DNA of 48,406 bases from Elusimicrobiota bacterium (GCA_037137395.1 JBAXKK010000008.1:1-48406); one strand, 5' to 3'; positions 18,116 through 27,251 are shown, numbered from the stretch's first letter. Notes: generated by a model not told the origin, from the letters alone. Made by a program: numbers and translations.

Positions 18116-18148
18116 GCCGTAAGGGCGCCGCGCCCGCCATAAGCCATA
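18116..18148. repeat. 33-bp REP-like repeat, copy 2
   Basis: Identical to 16546-16578. Confidence 0.9.
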
Positions 18149-18252
18149 TGCCCTAGGCCATACACTACAACCTTAAACATATCCCCATATAAAACTCCTT
18201 GAAAAGCTTATAGCTTACGGCCTATGGCGTATGGCAATTGTTATGCTTATGG
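18137..18252. repeat. Inverted pair of degenerate heptamer arrays
   Basis: aagccat atgccct aggccat... followed by aagctta tagctta cggccta tggcgta tggc... Confidence 0.65.
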
Positions 18253-18308
18253 CAGCAAAAAATTTGGTGCGCCGATAGCAGTTGGCTCGCTCCGGGTTTC
18301 CGAAATTT

Positions 18309-18383
18309 TGGTGCGCCCGGCAGGAATCGAACCTGCACTAGAAGCTTCGGAGGCTCCTGTGATATCCATTTCACCACGGGCGC
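18309..18383 (-). tRNA. tRNA-Arg(CCG)
   Basis: GCGCCCG acceptor stem, anticodon arm GGAGC-CTCCGAA-GCTTC, T arm GCAGG-TTCGATT-CCTGC, encoded CCA. Confidence 0.97.
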
Positions 18384-18387
18384 AAGA

Positions 18388-18521
18388 CAGTACGACAGTA
18401 CGGCAGCAAGACAGTACGACAGTACGGCAGGAAGACAGTACGACAGTAAAGAGCGACGCAAAACAATCACACTACCGCGCTGTCTTGCTGCCGCTCTGCC
18501 GCGCTGATAGCGCTGATAGCG
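18388..18521. repeat. Inverted octamer arrays abutting the tRNA 5' end
   Basis: Eight CAG-type units at 18388-18451 (24-bp period cagtacga-cagtacgg-cagSaaga), a spacer, then CTG-type units at 18472-18521. Confidence 0.9.
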
Positions 18522-18524
18522 CTC

Positions 18525-18686
18525 TTACTTCTGCCTTGATTTAACCGATTTTTTTAAAGACCAAAGAATTTTTGAGACTTCTCCAGCTAAACCGTACAAC
18601 CGCTTTGCATCGGCACCTATGTATCCTATCTTTTCTGAGAACTCAATTAAATACTTAGCTTCAGAAACAGAGCCGATACTGCCTAG
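18525..18686 (-). pseudogene. C-terminal half of a four-helix-bundle (23S-IVP/Avd-like) gene
   Basis: Manual translation LGSIGSVSEAKYLIEFSEKIGYIGADAKRLYGLAGEVSKILWSLKKSVKSRQK* matches the family C-half pattern GS..E..Y.....LGY...EV.K.L..L. No start codon; AT-richer than the flanks. Confidence 0.7.
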
Positions 18687-21347
18687 CTACACATGCTTTT
18701 TGGCTATTTCCAGGAGGTGTTTCTCAAATTCCGCCATATCCTCTGGGATCTCTCCGCCGCCCTGCGCGAAATCTTTGCGGCCGCCGCCGGACCCGTTTAT
18801 CACGCCGGCCACGGATTTAGCGATGGCTGAAGCGTCGGCCTTGACGTCTCCGGTATGGGTGACAATGAATGAAAATTTGTCTTCCGTCCTTGAGTAGATG
18901 AAAAGCAAGGTGGATTTAAGATCCTTTTTTACCTGGTCGGATAATCCGCGCAGAGCCTTCATCTCAAGCGCGCCGGCGTCGTAAACAAGAAAACTTGAGC
19001 CTGAACCATCAATACCCTCGGTCAGCAGCTTGCGCCCTTCCTTGCCGGAAGCCGAAGCGTGCGCGGTTTTGGCATGGCCCGACTTCAGCTCCTTTATACT
19101 CTCAAATAACTGCTCTACGCGCGCGGGCAGGTCAGCCGGAGACGCCGAAAGCCGGGCCGCGAGAGTTTCAGTGATCTTGGCCAGGTCCGAAAGATAAGCA
19201 AGCGCGGCCGGGCCGGCCACGCCTTCTATGCGGCGCACGCCGCGCGACACGGAAGAATCCTTGAGTATTTTTATGAGCATCAGCTCGCCGGTATGGTCTA
19301 TATGCGTACCGCCGCAGAGTTCAAGGCTGTAGCGCTCTTTGGCAGAATTCCATCCACCCTTGTTTATAAGCACGAAGCGCGCGGGGTCCACATATTTTTC
19401 CCCCAGCAGGGTCGTCGCCCCAAACTTGGCGGCATCGGCCAGCGGCCGCTCGGCTTTGAGCACGAGGTAATCCGCGCGCACGGCGGCGGCGGCGATATCC
19501 TCAACCCTGGCAAGCTCTTCCCGGGTGGGAGCTTTATTAATGGTATAGTCAAAACGGAACCTGGCCGGCCCCACCTCGGAGCCCGCCTGGCGGGTGGTGT
19601 CGCCGAAGACCTGTTTTAAAGCCGCGTTTATCACATGCGTGGCTGTATGGTTGCAAGCGGTACGATAACGGTCGCCTGAAACGCGCGCCGTAACCTTCAT
19701 GCCTTTTTTAAGCTGAGCGATAGTCCTAACAAAAAGGAAATTGACCTTTCCAACTGGTTTCTGTGAATCCGCCACTTCAGCGAGATCTGCGTCTCCGAGG
19801 GCCAGCAAACCTTTATCACCGATCTGACCGCCGGATTCCGCGTAAAACGGCGTGGTATCGAGAACCACATATCCTTGCGAATGCGCCGGAAGAGATTCAA
19901 CAATATTCCCAGCAGGTCCGGTCATACCTACAATAGTAGATTCAGTCTCCATTGCCTCGGAGCCATTAGGCCCATTAGCCACAAAATCCTTAAACTTTTC
20001 CTCTGCGGCCTGGAAATTAAAAGAGTTCTGCTCTCCGGAATCCTTCCACCCGGCTTTAGCCACACCCTGCGCGGTCAGGCGCGCTTCGTTAAAACCTTTT
20101 TCGTCAACCGGCACGCCTTTTTTAAGCGCCAGTTCGCGGGTCAGTTCAAAAGGAAAGCCATAGGTCTCGTAAAGGCTGAAGGCTTCGGCGCCGGGTATGC
20201 CGCCGGGGAATTTTTCCAGCAGATTTGAAAGGAATCCCTCTCCGGTTTCCAGAGTTTCTATAAAGCCCTGCTCCTCAAAACGCAGGGTTTCAGATATCTG
20301 CTTTGAAGCCGCCTCAACTTCAGGGTAAACGCCTCTGAAAATATCATAGACCGCCGGGGTCAGCTTGTGCAGGAACGGCTCTTTTGCGCCCATTATGCGG
20401 CCGTAGCGGCTGGCGCGGCGTATAAGGCGGCGCAGCACATAACCGCGGCCCTCATTTGACGGAATTACGCCCTCTGAGATAAGAAAAGAAGAGGCACGCA
20501 GGTGTTCGCTTATTATGCGGAAAGCGGAGGCGGCCTCGGCGGAAGAGCCGTATTCGGCTTTAAGCAGTTTCTCGGCGGCCGAAATTATGGGATAGAAAAG
20601 AGAGGTTTCAAAGGGAGATTCTTTTCCCTCCACCACAAAGGTCAGCCGCTCAAGGCCCATGCCTGTGTCGATGTTCTTACGCGGCAGCGGTTTAAAGGTT
20701 CCGTCGGCCTGTTTGTCGAACTGAGTAAACACATGGTTCCAGATTTCAATATACCTGTCGCAGGAGCAGGCGCCGGGGCCTTCACAGCCTTTATGGTCGT
20801 ATTTCTCGCCGCGATCCCAGTAAACTTCGGAACAGGGACCGGAAGGGCCGGTATCGCCCATAGACCAGAAATTGTCTTTATCACCCAGCTCGATTATGTG
20901 GGAATGCAGATTTTTGGGCAGGATATTTTCCCAGATGGCGCGGGCTTCCTCGTCGCGCGGGGCCAAGCCGCCCTTATAGATAGACGGGTAAAGGCGCTCG
21001 GCAGGCAGGCCCATTTCTTTAGTAAGAAACTCCCAGCCCCAGACTAGAGATTCCTTTTTAAAATAGTCGCCGAAAGAAAAATTGCCCAGCATCTCAAAGA
21101 ATGTCAGGTGACGGATGGTTTTGCCCACATTGTCTATGTCGGTAGTCCGGAAAGATTTCTGGCAGGAAGCGGCCCGCTTTTTATCGGTCTTTAAGCCCAG
21201 ATAATAGGGTTTAAACTGCACCATCCCGGCAGAAGTGAAAAGCAGCGTGGGGTCGCCCTCGGGAATAAGAGGGCTGGATTTAACCACGGGGTGGTCGTGC
21301 TTAGCGAAAAAATCCAAAAAACTTTTTCTTATCTCATGGCTCTTCAT
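18687..21347 (-). CDS. alaS: Alanine--tRNA ligase
   Basis: DPTLLFTSAGM, HLTFFEMLGNFSFGDYFK, DTGMGLER, HTATH, ELCGGTH, GGG....AQGG. Confidence 0.98.
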   Translation of the reverse strand: MKSHEIRKSFLDFFAKHDHPVVKSSPLIPEGDPTLLFTSAGMVQFKPYYLGLKTDKKRAASCQKSFRTTDIDNVGKTIRHLTFFEMLGNFSFGDYFKKESLVWGWEFLTKEMGLPAERLYPSIYKGGLAPRDEEARAIWENILPKNLHSHIIELGDKDNFWSMGDTGPSGPCSEVYWDRGEKYDHKGCEGPGACSCDRYIEIWNHVFTQFDKQADGTFKPLPRKNIDTGMGLERLTFVVEGKESPFETSLFYPIISAAEKLLKAEYGSSAEAASAFRIISEHLRASSFLISEGVIPSNEGRGYVLRRLIRRASRYGRIMGAKEPFLHKLTPAVYDIFRGVYPEVEAASKQISETLRFEEQGFIETLETGEGFLSNLLEKFPGGIPGAEAFSLYETYGFPFELTRELALKKGVPVDEKGFNEARLTAQGVAKAGWKDSGEQNSFNFQAAEEKFKDFVANGPNGSEAMETESTIVGMTGPAGNIVESLPAHSQGYVVLDTTPFYAESGGQIGDKGLLALGDADLAEVADSQKPVGKVNFLFVRTIAQLKKGMKVTARVSGDRYRTACNHTATHVINAALKQVFGDTTRQAGSEVGPARFRFDYTINKAPTREELARVEDIAAAAVRADYLVLKAERPLADAAKFGATTLLGEKYVDPARFVLINKGGWNSAKERYSLELCGGTHIDHTGELMLIKILKDSSVSRGVRRIEGVAGPAALAYLSDLAKITETLAARLSASPADLPARVEQLFESIKELKSGHAKTAHASASGKEGRKLLTEGIDGSGSSFLVYDAGALEMKALRGLSDQVKKDLKSTLLFIYSRTEDKFSFIVTHTGDVKADASAIAKSVAGVINGSGGGRKDFAQGGGEIPEDMAEFEKHLLEIAKKHV

Positions 21348-21444
21348 AACTGTTTCCTTGCCGCATTTTCATGGCGGATACAGGCATAATTATACAATAC
21401 TTGGGCAAGCGCGGTAATTGCCCCGCGATTGTCTTTCGGCCATT

Positions 21445-21453
21445 TGATATAAT
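21445..21453 (+). promoter_or_regulatory. Extended -10 promoter giving a leaderless tilS mRNA
   Basis: TGaTATAAT, 6 nt, then ATG at 21460; no SD. Confidence 0.65.
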
Positions 21454-21459
21454 CCCTTT

Positions 21460-22200
21460 ATGACTTCTGGAAAATCCTGCACTCTCCGGCTCTGGGATAA
21501 GATAAACTCAGGGGCCAGAAAATACGGCCTGTTCAGGGAAAAAGACCTGATAGTGCTGGCCGTTTCCGGCGGGCCGGATTCGGTGATGATGCTGGATTAT
21601 TTCGCCAAACAGGCCAGACGCCTCCGCCTTACGCTCATCATAGCCCACCTGAACCATAAGATCCGCGGCAAGGAAGCCGATAAAGACGAAGCCTTCGTAA
21701 AAAAATTGGGCCGACTCTACGGCCTTGAAACCACTACGGGGAAAACAGACGTCCCGGCGCTGGCGAAAAAATTAAAAACAAGCGTGGAACACGCCGCGAG
21801 ATACGCGCGCTATGACTTTTTAACCAAACTCGCGTTGAAAAGAAAATTTCACCTTATAGCCACCGCGCATCACGCGGACGACCACGCCGAAACTTTCCTG
21901 CTGAACCTTCTGCGCGGCACTGAACCAAAAGGCCTGCTGGGCATCCCGGTAAAGCGCGCGCTGCACGGCGCCGCCGGGATATCGGTCATAAGACCTCTAC
22001 TCCAGGTGACACGGGCGGAAATAATGGAATATATGAAGGCCAACGCCCTTTCCCACCGGAAGGATAAGTCCAACGAGGATGAAAAATACCGGCGCAACTG
22101 GCTGCGAAAAACTCTGATTCCGCTTATAGAGAAGAAACAACCGCGCTTTAAAGCCCATCTGACTGAACTCTCAGCCAAACTCGCCAAGCGCCTGAAATAG
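21460..22200 (+). CDS. tilS: tRNA(Ile)-lysidine synthase, short form
   Basis: AVSGGPDS, HLNH.IRG, ARYARY.F, TAHHADDHAET.LLNL.RG, IRPLL, D.SN, RN.LR. Confidence 0.95.
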   Translation: MTSGKSCTLRLWDKINSGARKYGLFREKDLIVLAVSGGPDSVMMLDYFAKQARRLRLTLIIAHLNHKIRGKEADKDEAFVKKLGRLYGLETTTGKTDVPALAKKLKTSVEHAARYARYDFLTKLALKRKFHLIATAHHADDHAETFLLNLLRGTEPKGLLGIPVKRALHGAAGISVIRPLLQVTRAEIMEYMKANALSHRKDKSNEDEKYRRNWLRKTLIPLIEKKQPRFKAHLTELSAKLAKRLK

Positions 22201-22215
22201 CCTTGGCCCCTTTCC

Positions 22216-24021
22216 TCAACTCCATTTATGCCGGTTGATTACATAGCCTTCGGCGGGAAGCAGGCGCGCGTGGGCGATGCAATCCTCGTACTGCGTGGAG
22301 CCGTCGGATTTTACGGCTATAAATTTATAGGTGATTTGCCGGCCTGCGCTTTCAACGATATCTATATCGCCCATCCACAGATTCTGGTTCACATATTCCA
22401 GCGGGAAAGCCTTTTCCACATCCCACGAGCCCAGCTCGGGACAATTGCCGATTACTTTTAAGCTGGTTCCATAGGCGGTCTCAAGGCCGTTAAGCATGAA
22501 ACTGACGGTCAGTCCTCCGTGCCGCTTCACTTCTCCCAAGTGCGAGAAAACCATGGCCGCATCCGCGTCCAGCCGCAGATTTTCTATCACTCCCCCGCTT
22601 ACGCGGATAGCGCGGTCGGAAAGCGCGTCTTTGTAAACGCCGTCCGGGAACTCTATATTATTCAGCGTGACCGTGGCTTTGGGACCTTTATTCAGAATGG
22701 TCAGGCACGCGCTGGAGCGGTATACGCGCGTAAAAACGTAAATATCCTCGCTCAGATATTTCACGCGCTGGCTGCCGCGCTGTACCGCCCGGTTCTCTTT
22801 ACGCACACCGCTCAAAGCTTTTATAAGCCTGAAGGCGGGCGTGGCAGTGTCCCAGTCCGCCATCATGGGCCGGTTATAGGGGTCGTTGCCGCCGCCGGTG
22901 GAATTATTCAGGTATTGTTCGGTGCCGTAGTAGATGCACGGCGTGCCGCGGCAGGTAAGTATAAGCGCCAGAGCCAACTCCATCCTGCGCGGAGTGGCGC
23001 CGGCTGATAAAAAGCGCGGCATGTCGTGGTTGTCTATAAAAGTGACCAGCCGGTGACAATCGTCAAAAAGGCAGTCCTTTTTGAATACATCGTCCACCAT
23101 AAAAAACCCGCGATACAAATTCCTGGCCAGACAATCTTCCAGCCCGCGCTGCAGTGAAAAATCCAGCATCCCCATGCCGCTCTTGTTGTTGAAGTGCACG
23201 GAAGCGGGATCGTTGCAGCCTCCCTGGAACCACTCCCCGAAAACAAAAAGGTCCGGCTTGTGGGTAATCATATCCGAGACGAATTCCTGCCAGAACCAAA
23301 TCGGCATGTGCTTAACCGTGTCAATACGAAGGCCGTCCGCACCCTTATCCAGCCAAAGCTTTATTACATCCTTTATGTATGTCCTGTAACCTATCTGATG
23401 TTCGTCAAAATCGGCAAGGCCGCAGAACTCCCGGGTTTCCACCTGCGATACGGAGTTCCAGTCGGTCACATTTCCGTTGCGATGATACCAGCCCAAAGTG
23501 TCATTATCGTAAGAAGTAAGAAGTTTGCCGTCGTCGTAAAGCTCACCCTTGGAAACTTTGCCGGCCTCGTTTGGACAATGGGCGGGACTTGAATGATTGC
23601 AGACGATGTCAAAGATCAGCTTCATCTCTCTGGAGCGCAGAGCTTTGGAAAGGCGGTCCACGATGTTGTTATCGGAAGCGAAGACCCGCGCCTCTGAGGG
23701 GTCGGAAATGAGATGTTCGTCGAGGCGCTTAAAATCCCTGGCCCAATAGCCGTGATATGCCGCTATGCCGCGCCCCTCAGCGTCCACCAGGCCGCGCGCC
23801 TGTTCGAAAAGCGGCGTAAGCCAAACGGCGCCGGCACCGAGCTCTTTAAGATAGTCAAGCTTCGCCAGCACTCCGCCGATATCCCCGCCCCAGTATTTGA
23901 ACCAGTCTTTACGCGAGGGATCAGTGGACTCCGGATTGCGCCCTTTGTCGTTGGCCGGGTCGCTGTTAAAGAACCGGTCCACCACTATGAAATAGATCAC
24001 GCTGTCATTGAAAGCTTTCAC
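22216..24021 (-). CDS. GH13 alpha-amylase/CGTase-like enzyme with C-terminal CBM20
   Basis: YHGYWARDF, NH, GLRIDTVKH, FGEW, FIDNHD, IYYGTEQY, ELGSWD...YKF; GTG start with GGAG RBS. Confidence 0.9.
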   Translation of the reverse strand: MKAFNDSVIYFIVVDRFFNSDPANDKGRNPESTDPSRKDWFKYWGGDIGGVLAKLDYLKELGAGAVWLTPLFEQARGLVDAEGRGIAAYHGYWARDFKRLDEHLISDPSEARVFASDNNIVDRLSKALRSREMKLIFDIVCNHSSPAHCPNEAGKVSKGELYDDGKLLTSYDNDTLGWYHRNGNVTDWNSVSQVETREFCGLADFDEHQIGYRTYIKDVIKLWLDKGADGLRIDTVKHMPIWFWQEFVSDMITHKPDLFVFGEWFQGGCNDPASVHFNNKSGMGMLDFSLQRGLEDCLARNLYRGFFMVDDVFKKDCLFDDCHRLVTFIDNHDMPRFLSAGATPRRMELALALILTCRGTPCIYYGTEQYLNNSTGGGNDPYNRPMMADWDTATPAFRLIKALSGVRKENRAVQRGSQRVKYLSEDIYVFTRVYRSSACLTILNKGPKATVTLNNIEFPDGVYKDALSDRAIRVSGGVIENLRLDADAAMVFSHLGEVKRHGGLTVSFMLNGLETAYGTSLKVIGNCPELGSWDVEKAFPLEYVNQNLWMGDIDIVESAGRQITYKFIAVKSDGSTQYEDCIAHARLLPAEGYVINRHKWS

Positions 24022-24069
24022 AATAAGGCTCCTATTGGATTATGGCGCGGCTGGAACAGCGCGCATGAT

Positions 24070-24146
24070 TTATCGGCGGGCGCCGCGCTCTTATGGCCTA
24101 AAGCTTATGGCCTAAAGCTTATGGCTTAAAGCTTATGGCCTATGGC
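24070..24146. repeat. REP-like hairpin variant plus heptamer array
   Basis: ggcgggcgccgcgctc followed by ttatggc ctaaagc ttatggc ctaaagc ttatggc ttaaagc ttatggc ctatggc. Confidence 0.85.
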
Positions 24147-24151
24147 ATCCT

Positions 24152-24697
24152 TTATATTATCAACCAAACCAGATAAATTACCGCGTATATAAAAGCCATG
24201 AAAAATCCGGCAAGGATAGCGGCGTAAGGCATAGATATCGACAGCAGCGCTTTGCTCCGGGAAATGGCGTAAAGCCGCCTTATGACCGAGATTCTGGCTA
24301 CGACGATAACGATAAAACACAACAGGAAGTCAGTCACGGGGCTCAGATAATCCAGCCTTGCCAGAAAGCCTAAAGGGATCAGCACCGACCAAAAAAGTTC
24401 GGTCATGCCGAGCAGGAAAAAGAGCTTCAGGGCGTTCCCTTCGGCGCCGGTCATCTCAAGGAACAGATGAATGCCGGAAGCGAAAAAAAAGTTCACTCCG
24501 AGCACCAACGTCAGTATGCTGACGAACGAATAAACCCCCGGGGGAACCGCGGAAAAAAATCGCAGGAAGGTAAACAAGCTGAAAGCACCCAGCAGATAGC
24601 CGAAAAACCCGGCCCAACCGAGGTCTCTTCCGCTTGTCCGGTCAATGACTCCCTGAGGGTCGTCAATCAGATCAGCGACGGTTGCAATAAAACTCAT
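24152..24697 (-). CDS. Yip1-like multi-pass membrane protein
   Basis: About five TM helices, N-terminal LI.DP motif, IRRLYAISRSKA motif; GGAG RBS. Confidence 0.7.
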   Translation of the reverse strand: MSFIATVADLIDDPQGVIDRTSGRDLGWAGFFGYLLGAFSLFTFLRFFSAVPPGVYSFVSILTLVLGVNFFFASGIHLFLEMTGAEGNALKLFFLLGMTELFWSVLIPLGFLARLDYLSPVTDFLLCFIVIVVARISVIRRLYAISRSKALLSISMPYAAILAGFFMAFIYAVIYLVWLII

Positions 24698-24715
24698 AAT
24701 AATCTCCCTAAAAAC

Positions 24716-24829
24716 CTTGAGGAATTAAGGATTAAGAATTAAGTCCTAAGTATCAGGCCGTTTACCGCTTAAAACTTATCACTTAAAACTTATCACTTAT
24801 TGCTTACCACTTAATCCTATTAATCCTAT
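24716..24829. repeat. Inverted pair of heptamer arrays
   Basis: attaagg attaaga attaagt... followed by cgcttaa aacttat cacttaa aacttat cacttat tgcttac cacttaa. Confidence 0.8.
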
Positions 24830-25882
24830 TTAAAACCCGTACCAGCGGTACTCAAGTCTGGGCGAGGCGCCAACCACTTTTTCCAGAGAGACGCCGCTGA
24901 AAAAACCCACTTTAGATTCAAGTATGGAAAAGAACTGATCTATCGGGTCCATCTCGCGGTAAACGCGCGGATTTTTACCGATATGCCCCATTTCTCCAGC
25001 CATATCCAGCGCGTCCTGCAGGTCGCCCAGTTTATCAACCAGCTTAACGTCAAAGGCCTGGCGCCCGGTATATATACGCCCGTCGGAAAGAGCCTTAACC
25101 TCCGCGATCGGCATCTTGCGGCCTTCGGACACTACGGTTACGAACTGATCATAAGAATCGTCTATAAGAGTCTGGAGAAGTTTGCGCTCTTCCGCGGTCA
25201 TGTCGCGCATCGGCGAGCCGATATCCTTAAATTTACCTGACTTTATAACCTCACTGCGCATCCCCACCTTATTCATGAGCCCGGCAAAGTTGCTGGCGCT
25301 GAGGATAACGCCGATGGAACCTGTAATGGTGCCCGGCTCAGAAACTATCTTATCGCAGGCCGAAGCAACATAGTAGCCGCCGCTGGCCGACACATCTCCG
25401 AAGCGGGCCACGAAAGGTTTCTTGGTCGCGGCTTTAGCGCGCAGAATTGCGGAATGTATCTCCTGCACGGCGCCCACGCTGCCGCCGGGGGTGTTAATAT
25501 CAAGGAGTATGGCTTTGACTTCCTTTTTATCGGCCGCGGCCTTTATGCGCCTGGCTATTTGCTGGCTGCCGCGCTCCCAGACTTTGGAGGAATCCGTCTG
25601 ATAGATGGCCCCGAATATCGGTATTACAGCTACGGCGTCTTTTTTGGAGGCGCCAATACCGGCGAGGTTTGACAGATCCATGTCTTTAGATCTGGATTTA
25701 CTGGCGCCGTCCACCTTGGATATCACCACAAACGAAACCACCAGCGCTGCGGCGTAAAGCGCGGCGATAATCTTCAACCAAAGCCTGGTCCGGGAAGGAT
25801 TTGCCTGCGTCTGCGAAGGGTGAATTTGAGGAGCGGCCGGAGCTGGAACCGGGGTCTGAGCGGGAATATTCTGTTCTTCCAT
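24830..25882 (-). CDS. sppA: Signal peptide peptidase SppA (36K type)
   Basis: INTPGG, ASGGYYVA, TGSIGV, KSGKFKD, DGRIYTG.QA; GGAGG RBS before MEEQ at 25882. Confidence 0.95.
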   Translation of the reverse strand: MEEQNIPAQTPVPAPAAPQIHPSQTQANPSRTRLWLKIIAALYAAALVVSFVVISKVDGASKSRSKDMDLSNLAGIGASKKDAVAVIPIFGAIYQTDSSKVWERGSQQIARRIKAAADKKEVKAILLDINTPGGSVGAVQEIHSAILRAKAATKKPFVARFGDVSASGGYYVASACDKIVSEPGTITGSIGVILSASNFAGLMNKVGMRSEVIKSGKFKDIGSPMRDMTAEERKLLQTLIDDSYDQFVTVVSEGRKMPIAEVKALSDGRIYTGRQAFDVKLVDKLGDLQDALDMAGEMGHIGKNPRVYREMDPIDQFFSILESKVGFFSGVSLEKVVGASPRLEYRWYGF

Positions 25883-26082
25883 TGTTCCTCCAAAAATAAG
25901 GGTTAGGTTTTCCGCCGGAAGCGGGCCCACCGGGCTTTTTTGCCTAAGACTATAATACAATAAAGGCCGGAGAAATGCTAAATTCAGGATGTTTTCATCA
26001 CACTCCGGACTATCCACTTAATTATCTCCGTTATCCGGCTTAAACAACCAAAATTCAACATGTTGCGATATCGTACAGGCCC

Positions 26083-26111
26083 TTGACAAATATCACCATG
26101 GAGGGTATAAC
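26083..26111 (+). promoter_or_regulatory. sigma70 promoter
   Basis: TTGACA-17 bp-TATAAC. Confidence 0.8.
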
Positions 26112-26143
26112 ATAGCGCGACATACTACGGGTGTGAGGAGCTT

Positions 26144-27178
26144 ATGAAAAATTTACTGGTTTGCGCGCTGATTATCCTCCCATTAACTGCAGGAGCCAAG
26201 GAACAAAAAAGCATTTACGGCAGCGACAACAGACAGGAGCTATTCGCGGCCTCACCCGAGATGCAGAAACTTGCGGACTCCGTGGTTTCCCTCTGGGAAT
26301 CAAAAAACATAGCGGGAGACGGCAAAACTTTCAGCCTTAACACCATGAATTTTGGCCAGGCGCTAAATCTCTGCGCCACAGAGCGGTTTCGCGACCAGCC
26401 GATCGGGGCCTTCTGCTCCGGCACGCTGGTGGGCGAAGACATCATTATGACCGCCGGCCACTGCATAACGAACGAGGCAAGGTGCGCCGACACTAAATTC
26501 GTGTTCGGTTTCGCGGTAAAGAGCGAGGGAGGCAAAGCGGTGACCAGTATACCGGCGAGCGAGGTCTATGGTTGCAAGAAGATAATCAAACGGGACCTAA
26601 GCACGCAGCCCACCGGCTTTGTAAGCGCCATCAGCGCTTTGATAGGCAGCATGATAAACGGCGGCACCGGGCCGGATTACGCGCTAGTGCAGCTGGACAG
26701 AAAGGTGGATGGACATAAACCGTTGGCCATTAACCGCAAACAGCGGCTAGCCAAAGGCGACCCGATGTTCGTTATCGGCCACCCGGTAGGACTGCCGCTG
26801 AAGGTGGCGGGAGACGCCAAAGTGCGCGACGCCGGCCCTAAGTATTTCTTTATGACGGACTTGGACACTTTCGGCGGGAACTCCGGCTCGGCTGTGTTTA
26901 ACGCGCGCACCAACCTGATAGAAGGCATCCTGGTGCGCGGCGGCACCGACTTCGTGCAATCCCCCACTGGTGACTGCAAGGTATCGTACCAGGTAGGTCA
27001 GGAAGAGGGTCAGGGCGAAGCGGTGACAAAGATATCTGCCCTGGACGAATATCTGTCGGCGCGCAAAAATGCTCCGGTGGCCGCAAGCAAGAATGCGGAA
27101 GTGCGGGAAATGAAAGTAACGGATAGCGCTCCGGGAAACGACCTGCTGGACAGAATCGGAAAAGTAGAATTCCAGTAG
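26144..27178 (+). CDS. Secreted trypsin-like (S1) serine protease
   Basis: Signal peptide; CSGTL, TAGHC, DYAL, DTFGGNSGS catalytic triad motifs; GAGGAG RBS. Confidence 0.92.
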   Translation: MKNLLVCALIILPLTAGAKEQKSIYGSDNRQELFAASPEMQKLADSVVSLWESKNIAGDGKTFSLNTMNFGQALNLCATERFRDQPIGAFCSGTLVGEDIIMTAGHCITNEARCADTKFVFGFAVKSEGGKAVTSIPASEVYGCKKIIKRDLSTQPTGFVSAISALIGSMINGGTGPDYALVQLDRKVDGHKPLAINRKQRLAKGDPMFVIGHPVGLPLKVAGDAKVRDAGPKYFFMTDLDTFGGNSGSAVFNARTNLIEGILVRGGTDFVQSPTGDCKVSYQVGQEEGQGEAVTKISALDEYLSARKNAPVAASKNAEVREMKVTDSAPGNDLLDRIGKVEFQ

Positions 27179-27195
27179 ACATCATTTAAAGTGGT

Positions 27196-27251
27196 AATTA
27201 AAGTGACACACAACTTAATTGGCATCAATTAAGTTGTGTGTCACTTTAATT
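27196..27251. repeat. Perfect 26-bp inverted repeat (MITE/REPIN-like palindrome)
   Basis: aattaaagtgacacacaacttaattg-gcat-caattaagttgtgtgtcactttaatt. Confidence 0.9.

Noticed and set aside
16529..18140. Shared N-terminal peptide MAGAAPLR on two ORFs as a targeting motif
   Set aside because: It is an artefact of the 33-bp DNA repeat. Family homology starts at the downstream ATGs (16528 and 18107).
18388..18451. 24-bp periodic repeat as a CRISPR array
   Set aside because: The units are contiguous with no unique spacers and there are no cas genes; it is an octamer microsatellite.
18222..18544. Three overlapping small ORFs with repetitive peptides
   Set aside because: They are translations of the tRNA and the octamer arrays.
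18525..18686. Avd-like fragment as evidence of a diversity-generating retroelement
   Set aside because: No reverse transcriptase and no TR/VR pair differing at adenines is visible in the window.
18683..18689. TAG-CTAG as a programmed read-through signal
   Set aside because: The CUAG context is a eukaryotic/viral signal, and there is no pyrrolysine or recoding evidence; other genes here use TAG as a normal stop.
25883..26017. N-terminal extension of SppA (likewise the extensions at 9524, 43366, 44805 and 45279)
   Set aside because: Better-supported downstream ATGs exist (RBS and/or start of family homology), and the extensions mostly cross promoter or terminator DNA.
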